DNA of 32,000 nucleotides from Longivirga aurantiaca (GTDB lineage Bacteria; Actinomycetota; Actinomycetes; S36-B12; CAIYMF01): NCBI RefSeq assembly GCF_042660085.1, contig NZ_JBHSTI010000002.1, positions 450,001 to 482,000 of the forward strand, read 5' to 3'. Shown piece by piece: positions 18,007 to 24,958 of this stretch (position 1 is its first letter; each line of letters starts with the position of its first letter). The notes under the pieces were generated by a model. It saw only the letters and a program-made list of their open reading frames with translations, ran no database searches and was not told where the DNA came from. The position numbers and the translations under genes were made by a program.

Positions 18007-18908
18007 GCGGCTGGCGCATCGAGGCGCGCGACCCCTCCGACCCGGCTGCGGTCGCCGCGGTCGCGGCGTACTCGGCCGAGCTCGACTCGCTGCTCGGCGC
18101 GTCGTCGCCCACCATCAGCGACCCGCGTCTCGACGACTACCGCGCACCCGGTGGCACGTTCCTGCTCGTGGTCTCCGACGACGGCGCCGTGCTCGGATGC
18201 GCGGGGCTGCGGACGATCCAGACCGACGCGTACGGCGACGTCGCGGAGATCAAGCGCATGTGGGTCTCGCCGTTGCTGCGCGGGCAGGGGGCCGGGAGGG
18301 CGCTGCTCGAACGGCTGCACGAGGAGACGCGGCACCTCGGCCTGGGGTCGGTGGTGCTCGACAGCAAGCGCGAGCTCCACGACGCCCGCCGCCTCTACCT
18401 GGCTGCCGGGTACGCCGAGGTCGGGCGCTACAACGACAACGCGGACGCCACCGTGTGGATGCGCCTCGATCTCGGCGTGCGCCGGCCGACGTACGCCGCG
18501 GTGCTGCTCGTGGACGCCGAGGGCCGGGTGCTGCTGCAGCACCGGGACGAGCACGCGCCGCGCGCGCCGCTGCAGTGGGGGATGGTCGGCGGTGCGGTCG
18601 AGGCCGGCGAGTCGCCCGAGCAGGCGGCGTACCGCGAGCTGCTCGAGGAGACGGGCTTGGCGCCCGCCTCCGGGGAGCTCGCGCTCTGGCGGTCCGAGGC
18701 GTTCGCGTGGTCGGACGGGTCGATGGCCGACTACCACCTCTACGTCGCCCCGACCGCGGCGACCGACGCCGACGTCGTGCTGGGGGAGGGGCTCGCGATC
18801 GTGTTCGTGACGCCCGACGAGATCCAAGCGCTGCCGCTCACCGAGAGCGGCGAGCACTTCCTCACCGCGTTCCTCGGCTCGCCCGCGTACCGCGCACTGC
18901 TCGGCTGA
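18003..18908 (+). CDS. GNAT acetyltransferase - Nudix hydrolase fusion protein
   Basis: ATGA overlap with the ppx stop. The N-terminal half has the GNAT motif A (MWVSPLLRGQGAGRALLERL). The C-terminal half has a Nudix box (GGAVEAGESPEQAAYRELLEETGL). Confidence 0.8.
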   Translation: MSGWRIEARDPSDPAAVAAVAAYSAELDSLLGASSPTISDPRLDDYRAPGGTFLLVVSDDGAVLGCAGLRTIQTDAYGDVAEIKRMWVSPLLRGQGAGRALLERLHEETRHLGLGSVVLDSKRELHDARRLYLAAGYAEVGRYNDNADATVWMRLDLGVRRPTYAAVLLVDAEGRVLLQHRDEHAPRAPLQWGMVGGAVEAGESPEQAAYRELLEETGLAPASGELALWRSEAFAWSDGSMADYHLYVAPTAATDADVVLGEGLAIVFVTPDEIQALPLTESGEHFLTAFLGSPAYRALLG

Positions 18909-18971
18909 GCTGTGGCGTGCGCCACGGCCCGTGGCGTTGCGCGTTCAACGACCCGTGGTGAGGGTGGGGGC

Positions 18972-19466
18972 ATGACCGACGTGCGACCGATCCCGCTGAC
19001 CCTGCTCGACGGCTCCGCCACGACCCTCGGCGAGGTGGCCGGCGACGGGCCGGTCCTCGTGGTCAACGTGGCGAGCCGGTGCGGCCTCACGCCGCAGTAC
19101 GCCGCGCTCGAGGAGCTCGCGCGCACGTACGGGCCGCGTGGGCTGACGGTGCTCGGTGCCCCGTGCAACCAGTTCCTCGGGCAGGAGCCGGGCAGCAACG
19201 AGGAGATCGCCGAGTTCTGCTCGATGACCTACGGCGTCACGTTCCCCCTCACCGACAAGGTCGAGGTCAACGGCGAGGGCAGGCACCCGCTGTTCGCCCA
19301 GCTGACGGCCGCCGCGGACGCCGAGGGCCACACCGGCGACGTCCGCTGGAACTTCGAGAAGTGGCTCGTCTCGCGCGACGGCGAGGTCGTCGCCAGGTTC
19401 GCGCCGATCACCAAGCCGGACGCCGCCGAGGTGGTCGCTGCGGTCGAGGCATCGCTCGAGGCCTGA
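18972..19466 (+). CDS. Glutathione peroxidase-family peroxidase (Cys-type)
   Basis: VLVVNVASRCGLTPQY...LGAPCNQFLGQEPG...RWNFEKWLVSRDG. GAGGGTGGGGG RBS-like tract upstream. Confidence 0.88.
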   Translation: MTDVRPIPLTLLDGSATTLGEVAGDGPVLVVNVASRCGLTPQYAALEELARTYGPRGLTVLGAPCNQFLGQEPGSNEEIAEFCSMTYGVTFPLTDKVEVNGEGRHPLFAQLTAAADAEGHTGDVRWNFEKWLVSRDGEVVARFAPITKPDAAEVVAAVEASLEA

Positions 19467-19532
19467 CCGCACGGTGAGACGTCCGGCACACACCGAATCG
19501 CTCAGGCCCACGTCGTCGCAGGTCACAGCCTG

Positions 19533-19549
19533 ATGCGAACGATTCGCAT
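19533..19549. promoter_or_regulatory. Perfect 17-bp palindrome upstream of ndh (candidate operator)
   Basis: ATGCGAA-cga-TTCGCAT in a locally AT-richer tract. It ends 45 bp upstream of the TAACCT hexamer. Confidence 0.45.
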
Positions 19550-19594
19550 TGGGATTGCTGGACTTGCGGCGGTGCGGGCCTGGTGAGGTCGCCC

Positions 19595-19600
19595 TAACCT
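19595..19600 (+). promoter_or_regulatory. -10-like TAACCT 6 nt before the ATG of ndh (candidate leaderless promoter)
   Basis: TAACCT-ggacgc-ATG. Confidence 0.4.
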
Positions 19601-19606
19601 GGACGC

Positions 19607-20947
19607 ATGAGCACCAACGACACGACCAGCACGGTCCCGCGCATCCTCATTGTCGGCGGAGGGTACGTCGGCCTCTACACGGCGCTGCGCCTCGGCTCGA
19701 AGCTGCAGCGCGGCGAGGCCGTCGTCACCGTCGTCGACCCGCGCTCGTACATGACCTACCAGCCGTTCCTGCCCGAGGCGGGCGCCGGCTCGATCCAGCC
19801 GCGGCACACCGTCGTCCCGCTGCGCCAGACGCTGCCGGACGCCGAGATCATCACCGGCTCCGTGCAGTCGGTCGAGCACGCCCGCAAGGTCGCGGTGATC
19901 GAGCCGCTCGAGGGCGAGGCGTACGAGCTGCCGTACGACGTGCTCGTGATGGCCGTCGGCGCGGTGCCGCGGGTGCTCCCCATCCCGGGGCTGGCCGACT
20001 GGGCGATCGGGTTCAAGAACGTCGAGGAGGCCATCGCCCTGCGCAACCACGTGCTCGAGTGCCTCGACATCGCCGAGACGGCGACCGATCCCGCGATCCG
20101 CGAGCGGAACCTCACCTTCGTCTTCGTCGGCGGCGGGTACGCCGGCGTCGAGGCGATCGCCGAGATCGAGGACCTCGCCCGCTACGCCACGCGCTACCTG
20201 CGCAACGTCACTCCCGCCGACCTGCGCTTCGTGCTGGTCGAGGCCACGAACCGGATCCTCCCCGAGGTGGGCGAGGAGATGGGTCGCTGGACCGTCGAGC
20301 AGCTGCGCGAGCGCGGCCTCGAGATCCGGCTCGAGACGCGGCTCGAGTCGACCGTCGAGGGGCACGTGATCCTGTCCGACGGCGCCCAGATGCTGTCGGA
20401 CACCGTGGTGTGGACCGCCGGCGTGAAGGCCCACCCGCTGCTCGAGGCCACCGACCTCCCGCTCGACGACCGAGGCCGCCTCGTGTGCGCCACCGACCTG
20501 CGCGTGGTCGGCGTGGAGGACGCGTGGGGCGCCGGCGACTGCACCGCCGTACCCGACCTGACCAACCCCGGGACGTTCTGCTCGCCGTCGGCGCAGCACG
20601 CGGTGCGCCAGGCGAAGGTGCTGGCCGACAACGTCATCGCGGTGATGCGCGGCTTCGAGCCCGCCGACTACAAGCACAAGCACAACGGCTCGGTCGCCTC
20701 GCTCGGCCTCTACAAGGGCGTCGCGCAGGTGAAGGGCATCCAGATCAAGGGATTCCCGGCCTGGTTCCTGCACCGGACCTACCACATGAGCAAGGTGCCG
20801 ACGACGCGCCGCAAGGTGTCGGTCATCGCCGACTGGACGATCGCGTTCCTGTTCAAGCGGGACGTCACCAGCCTGTGGGGCACGCACGAGCAGCTGCGCA
20901 ACAGCTCCTCGCTCGTGCAGCACGAGAGCCGCAAGCGCGCCGGCTGA
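19607..20947 (+). CDS. ndh: Type II NADH dehydrogenase (NDH-2)
   Basis: 446 aa. PRILIVGGGYVGLYTA and LTFVFVGGGYAGVE dinucleotide folds, plus WGAGDCTAVPD. Confidence 0.9.
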   Translation: MSTNDTTSTVPRILIVGGGYVGLYTALRLGSKLQRGEAVVTVVDPRSYMTYQPFLPEAGAGSIQPRHTVVPLRQTLPDAEIITGSVQSVEHARKVAVIEPLEGEAYELPYDVLVMAVGAVPRVLPIPGLADWAIGFKNVEEAIALRNHVLECLDIAETATDPAIRERNLTFVFVGGGYAGVEAIAEIEDLARYATRYLRNVTPADLRFVLVEATNRILPEVGEEMGRWTVEQLRERGLEIRLETRLESTVEGHVILSDGAQMLSDTVVWTAGVKAHPLLEATDLPLDDRGRLVCATDLRVVGVEDAWGAGDCTAVPDLTNPGTFCSPSAQHAVRQAKVLADNVIAVMRGFEPADYKHKHNGSVASLGLYKGVAQVKGIQIKGFPAWFLHRTYHMSKVPTTRRKVSVIADWTIAFLFKRDVTSLWGTHEQLRNSSSLVQHESRKRAG

Positions 20948-20962
20948 CCCGCCCGCTCGCGA

Positions 20963-21007
20963 TGATCAATCCGTTGTTTCCCGGTGCGGGAAGCGACGGA
21001 TTGATCA
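20963..21007 (+). terminator. Long imperfect hairpin after ndh
   Basis: TGATCAATCCGT-tgt-TTCCCG-gtg-CGGGAA-gcg-ACGGATTGATCA: 12-bp plus 6-bp stems around a 3x3 internal loop. Starts 16 nt after the ndh stop. Confidence 0.55.
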
Positions 21008-21050
21008 GTCTCAGGGCAGGGGTGGCGGCAGCGGCGCGGTCTCGGCTGCC

Positions 21051-21056
21051 TAGGCT
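21051..21056 (+). promoter_or_regulatory. -10-like TAGGCT 6 nt before the ATG of the ACT-domain gene (candidate leaderless promoter)
   Basis: TAGGCT-gacggc-ATG. Confidence 0.4.
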
Positions 21057-21062
21057 GACGGC

Positions 21063-21581
21063 ATGACTCGCAGTCTCGCCGTCACGGTCCTCGGGCACGA
21101 CCGCCCCGGCATCATCGCCGAGGTCACCGGCGCGCTCGCCGCGCTCGGCGGCAACCTCGAGGACTCCTCGATGACGCTGCTGCGCGGCCACTTCGCCTGG
21201 ACCCTCGTCGTGTCGGTCGAGGCATCGGCCGGGGACGTCGCGGCACGGCTCGAGCACCTCACCGCCGAGGGCCTCGTCGTCTCCGTGCTCCCGGTGCCGG
21301 ACGCCGACGCCGCGGCCGTCGAGGGCAGCGCCTGGCTCCTGTCGGTGCACGGCGCAGACCGTCCGGGCATCGTCTCCGGGATCACCGGCGTGGTCGCCGA
21401 GGCCGGCGGCAACATCACCGACCTCACGACGCGGCTCGGCACGGGCCTCTACGTGCTCGTCGCCGAGGTGGCGCTGCCCGCCGACGTCGACGTCACGGCG
21501 CTGACGGCGCGGATCGACGCGGTGGCCGCGGACCTCGGCGTACGCGCCACGCTGCACGCCGCCGACGTCGACGAGCTGTAG
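21063..21581 (+). CDS. Tandem ACT-domain protein (GcvR-like)
   Basis: Two repeats of the LAVTVLGHDRPGIIAEVTGALAALGGNL / LSVHGADRPGIVSGITGVVAEAGGNI pattern. Confidence 0.8.
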   Translation: MTRSLAVTVLGHDRPGIIAEVTGALAALGGNLEDSSMTLLRGHFAWTLVVSVEASAGDVAARLEHLTAEGLVVSVLPVPDADAAAVEGSAWLLSVHGADRPGIVSGITGVVAEAGGNITDLTTRLGTGLYVLVAEVALPADVDVTALTARIDAVAADLGVRATLHAADVDEL

Positions 21582-21588
21582 GCATCTC

Positions 21589-22137
21589 GTGGGGATCGTG
21601 GACGGGCGGATCGTCATGCCGCCGTTGCCTTCCGGGCAGGTGCTGCCCGTGGTAACGGTGCCGGCCGACGTGCTCTCGACCCCGTGCATCGACGTCGACC
21701 CGACCGATCCGGCCGTGGCGCAGCTCGCCGCCGACCTGCTCGCGACGCAGCGCGTCTCGCCGGGCTGCGTCGGCCTCGCTGCCAACCAGGTGGGCGTGGG
21801 GTGGCGGGTCTTCTCTCTCGACGTCTCGCAGCACCCGAAGGCACGTATCCACCACGGCGAGTACGTGCTCGTGAACGCACGGGTCGAGTCGTCGTCGCGC
21901 AACGAGAAGTCGCGCGAGGGATGCATGTCGGTGCCGGACTTCACCGGTGACGTGAAGCGGGCCTCGCGCATCGCCGTCCGCGGCTGGCTGCCCGGCTCCG
22001 GCGAGGAGGTCGTCGTCGAGACCGACGCGTTCGAGGCCCGCGCCCTGCAGCACGAGCTCGACCACCTCGACGGGTTCGTGTTCCTCGACCGCGTCGTCGG
22101 CCCGCACGCCGTCTTCCCGCGCAAGACCTACCTCTAG
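21589..22137 (+). CDS. def: Peptide deformylase
   Basis: CVGLAANQVG, EGCMSVP and HELDHLDG motifs. The start is ambiguous: GTG 21589 or 21598, or ATG 21616. Confidence 0.88.
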   Translation: MGIVDGRIVMPPLPSGQVLPVVTVPADVLSTPCIDVDPTDPAVAQLAADLLATQRVSPGCVGLAANQVGVGWRVFSLDVSQHPKARIHHGEYVLVNARVESSSRNEKSREGCMSVPDFTGDVKRASRIAVRGWLPGSGEEVVVETDAFEARALQHELDHLDGFVFLDRVVGPHAVFPRKTYL

Positions 22138-22175
22138 CCCCCGGACGCCGCGGCACGCGGCAGACTGGTGCGCGC

Positions 22176-22249
22176 GCCCCCGTAGCCCAACTGGCAGAGG
22201 CATCCCGCTTAAACCGGGACCAGTGCAGGTTCGAGCCCTGCCGGGGGCA
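22176..22249 (+). tRNA. Class-I (short variable loop) tRNA whose anticodon loop reads CUUAAAC, giving anticodon UAA; isotype uncertain
   Basis: Hand fold: acceptor GCCCCCG/CGGGGGC. D arm GCCC-AACTGGCAG-AGGC with a 13:22 C.A mismatch. Anticodon stem TCCCG/CGGGA. Variable loop CCAGT. T arm GCAGG-TTCGAGC-CCTGC. Discriminator A. No encoded CCA. Confidence 0.7.
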
Positions 22250-22267
22250 CACGCGATTGAGGCGAGA

Positions 22268-22291
22268 GCAGTACGAGCTTGCTCGTACTGC
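22268..22291. repeat. Perfect 24-bp palindrome flanked by direct GATTGAG repeats
   Basis: GCAGTACGAGC-tt-GCTCGTACTGC. GATTGAG occurs at 22255-22261 and 22297-22303. It lies 19 nt after the tRNA and may be its terminator. Confidence 0.7.
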
Positions 22292-22666
22292 CGAGCCGAT
22301 TGAGTGTGTTGAGCGAGGGCGGCGCTCTTCCGCCCCTCGCGATCACTCCGCTTACATGCTCGGCGCATAGCGCCGCACTCTGAGCCACCTACCCGGCAGG
22401 GCTCGGGAGGAACCCCCGCGCGCCGCGCCCCGCCAGCGTCCCCGGCCACCCTCGGCCGAAGGCTGCACGTGCCCGCCCGCCGTCGGGCGCCCGACTAGCT
22501 AGCCGAGACGGCCCCTGCCGGGCGCGAGCTCCGCCGCGCCTCGGCCGCAGGCCGCGGCCGGCGCCCTCGCAGACACGTTCGACGTCCGCGATCGCACGGT
22601 GGGGCGCAGCGACGTACCGCGTCGGGGCGACAGCTCAGCTGCGGCATTGATCGGGGTGTCCTGCTG

Positions 22667-23884
22667 TCAGGACAGCCGCTCGACCACCATCGCCATGCCC
22701 TGGCCGCCGCCGACGCACATCGTCTCGAGGCCGATCTGCTTGTCGTGGAAGCGCAGCGAGTTGAGCAGCGTGCTCGTGATGCGCGCGCCCGTCATGCCGA
22801 AGGGATGCCCGACGGCGATGGCACCGCCGTTGACGTTGAGGCGGTCGACGTCGATCCCGAGCTCCCAGGCGGAGGCGAGCACCTGGGCGGCGAACGCCTC
22901 GTTGATCTCGACGAGGTCGACGTCGTCGATCGTCATGCCCGCGCGGGCGAGCGCCTGACGGGTCGCCTCGACCGGGCCGAGGCCCATGATCTCGGGCGAC
23001 AGCGCGCTGACCCCGGTGGAGACGATGCGTGCGAGCGGTGCGATTCCGAGCTCGGCTGCTCGTACGTCGGACATGATCACGACCGCCGCGGCGCCGTCGT
23101 TCAACGGGCAGCAGTTGCCGGCCGTCACCGTGCCGTCCGGCCGGAAGACCGGTGCGAGAGTGGAGACCTTCTCGAGCGTCACACCCGGGCGGGGCCCGTC
23201 GTCGGTCGAGACCATCGAGCCGTCGGGCAGCTCGAGCGGCACGATGTCCGTCGCCCAGAAGCCGTTGGCGATCGCGGCCTCGGCCAGGTTCTGGCTGCGC
23301 ACCCCGAACTCGTCCTGGGCGAGCCTGCTCACGCCGCGGATCTGCGCGACGTTCTCCGCGGTCTGACCCATCGCGATGTAGACGTCGGGCAGGCCGCCGT
23401 CGAGCGCCGGGTCGGTCCAGACCTCGGCTCCTCCCGCCGAGCGCGCGGCCGTGCGGTCCCCGGCCTCGGCGAAGCGCGCGTTCCTCGTGCCGGGCGAGCC
23501 GTCGCTGGCGCCGTGCGCGTAGCGGCTCACCGCCTCGACGCCGACCGAGAGGAAGGCGTCGCCCTCCCCGGCCTTGATGGCGTGGAACGCCATGCGCGTG
23601 GTCTGCAGGCTCGAGGCGCAGTAGCGGTTCACCGTCGTGCCGGGGATGTCGAGGCCAGCGAGCAGCGCGGTGACGCGGGCCAGGTTGTAGCCCGCCTCGC
23701 CCGCGGGCTGGCCGCAGCCGAGCATGACGTCGTCGAGGGTGGCCGGATCGAGCTCCGGCACTTGGGCGAGCGCGGCCAGCACCATCTGCGCAGCCATGTC
23801 GTCGGGGCGGAGGCCGGCGAGGCTGCCCTTCACGGCGCGGCCGATCGGGGAGCGGGCGACGGAGACGATGACGGCCTCGGGCAT
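22667..23884 (-). CDS. Acetyl-CoA C-acyltransferase (thiolase)
   Basis: ATG 23884 ([22 protein letters not shown]...) with GAGAGG upstream. NRYCASSLQ active-site Cys. C-terminal [19 protein letters not shown]...[13 protein letters not shown]. Confidence 0.92.
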   Translation of the reverse strand: MPEAVIVSVARSPIGRAVKGSLAGLRPDDMAAQMVLAALAQVPELDPATLDDVMLGCGQPAGEAGYNLARVTALLAGLDIPGTTVNRYCASSLQTTRMAFHAIKAGEGDAFLSVGVEAVSRYAHGASDGSPGTRNARFAEAGDRTAARSAGGAEVWTDPALDGGLPDVYIAMGQTAENVAQIRGVSRLAQDEFGVRSQNLAEAAIANGFWATDIVPLELPDGSMVSTDDGPRPGVTLEKVSTLAPVFRPDGTVTAGNCCPLNDGAAAVVIMSDVRAAELGIAPLARIVSTGVSALSPEIMGLGPVEATRQALARAGMTIDDVDLVEINEAFAAQVLASAWELGIDVDRLNVNGGAIAVGHPFGMTGARITSTLLNSLRFHDKQIGLETMCVGGGQGMAMVVERLS

Positions 23885-23973
23885 GGTGCGCCTCTCGAGC
23901 GGGGTGGGGCGACCCGCGGTGAGGCGGGGCGCGGACCGTGGTGCGTCGTCAGCCGCGGGCCGGCGCCCGGGCA

Positions 23974-24000
23974 GTGCGCTGTGCGCTGTGCGCTGTGCAC
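23974..24000. repeat. Tandem heptamer (GTGCGCT)x3 plus partial GTGCAC
   Basis: GTGCGCTGTGCGCTGTGCGCTGTGCAC, 90-116 bp upstream of the thiolase start in the divergent intergenic region. Confidence 0.8.
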
Positions 24001-24152
24001 AGTCTGCCGGGCGGGCCGCAGCGGCCGCCACCGCCGGGAACGCCGTGCCCTGCGTGCGCCTTCTCCACGCGGCCGCCGGCCGCAGCGGCGTTCTGCGTCC
24101 ATGAAGGCCGGAATTGTTCGGCTCTATTGGATGAAGGTCGCCTTCATCTGGA

Positions 24153-24158
24153 TAGGTT
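24153..24158 (+). promoter_or_regulatory. -10-like TAGGTT 7 nt before GTG 24166 (candidate leaderless promoter)
   Basis: TAGGTT-cgcgggc-GTG. Confidence 0.35.
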
Positions 24159-24165
24159 CGCGGGC

Positions 24166-24858
24166 GTGGGATCGATCAGGGTGCGCCTCGGGGCGTTGTG
24201 GGCGGCGGCGCGGGGGCGGTACTACCCGCACGGCACGCGGCGTCGGCGTACGTACCGTGAGGCGGCGCTCGCACTGTTCGGCCTCGCCGTGCTGGTGCCG
24301 GTGCTCGCCATCGGCTGGGTGCTGCTGACCTCGCCCGGTGCGGGCCGTGCGCTCCTGGTGATCGTCGGCGCGGTGCTGCTGGCGTTCGGGTCGCTCGTCG
24401 TGTTCGCGCAGCTCGACCGGCTGCAGCCCGGCCGGGCGCCGTGGTTGAAGGTCGTCCTGGCGTGGATCCTCGCTGCACCCGGAGCGGTCGCCGGCGTGGT
24501 GCTGCTCGTCGCCGACCTGCTGCGCGGGTCGGGCGGTGCCGCGCGGCTGCAGGCCGGCGAGGTGCTGTGGGCTGAGATGCCGAACGACGAGGACCGCGGC
24601 GCGACCTCGAAGGTCCGACCGGTCGTCGTGGTGGCCGACGAGGGCGACAGCGTGCTCGTGCGCTGGTTCACCAGCCAGGACAAGTCCCAGCGCCACGGAT
24701 ACGTCGAGTTCACGACCGCGATGCAGAAGCAGGCCGGCCTCGACGGTGTCGGGCACTCGACCTGGCTTTCCGGGGAGGCGCGGCCGCTGCCGCGCAGCGC
24801 GTTCCGCGACCCGGTGGGCAGGGTGCCCGCCGAGGTGCTGCACCGCCGCCCGAGCTGA
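24166..24858 (+). CDS. Membrane-anchored protein with C-terminal MazF/PemK-like domain
   Basis: A basic N-terminus and 3-4 hydrophobic helices, then GEVLWAEMPN...KVRPVVVVAD...VRWFTSQDKSQRHGYVEF. This aligns by eye with MazF GDLIWVDFDP...HRPAVVLS...VPCTTQSKGYPFEV. Start chosen at GTG 24166; GTG 24181 is also possible. Confidence 0.7.
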   Translation: MGSIRVRLGALWAAARGRYYPHGTRRRRTYREAALALFGLAVLVPVLAIGWVLLTSPGAGRALLVIVGAVLLAFGSLVVFAQLDRLQPGRAPWLKVVLAWILAAPGAVAGVVLLVADLLRGSGGAARLQAGEVLWAEMPNDEDRGATSKVRPVVVVADEGDSVLVRWFTSQDKSQRHGYVEFTTAMQKQAGLDGVGHSTWLSGEARPLPRSAFRDPVGRVPAEVLHRRPS

Positions 24859-24911
24859 CCGCCGTGCGCCGATCCGCCCCCGAGCGCTCCGGGCAGGCCC
24901 CCCGCCGTACG

Positions 24912-24949
24912 ACGAAGGCCGCGCCCACCGGGGTGGACGCGGCCTTCGT
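24912..24949. terminator. Strong bidirectional hairpin between convergent genes
   Basis: ACGAAGGCCGCG-CCCACC-gg-GGTGG-a-CGCGGCCTTCGT gives about 17 bp of stem. Confidence 0.65.
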
Positions 24950-24958
24950 GCGGAACGA

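Noticed and set aside
22495-22502. CTAGCTAG palindrome closing several reading frames
   Set aside because: This is an isolated 8-mer. It is notable only because TAG is rare here, and it carries no supporting context such as a restriction-modification gene or repeated copies.
22500-22647. About 50-codon Cys-containing minus-strand ORF ([21 protein letters not shown]...) just downstream of the thiolase
   Set aside because: It has no RBS and only moderate third-position GC. The peptide is Arg/Pro-rich and low-complexity, and it ends in the CTAGCTAG palindrome. It is probably not coding.
22176-22666. Integrated mobile element using the tRNA as attachment site
   Set aside because: There is no integrase or recombinase ORF. 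I found no downstream direct repeat of the tRNA 3' half within the window. The same holds for tRNA-Ala at 7057-7132.
23974-24000. Possible CRISPR-like or other interspaced repeat array
   Set aside because: These are contiguous 7-bp tandem units with no spacers, and no cas genes are present in the window. This is not a CRISPR array.
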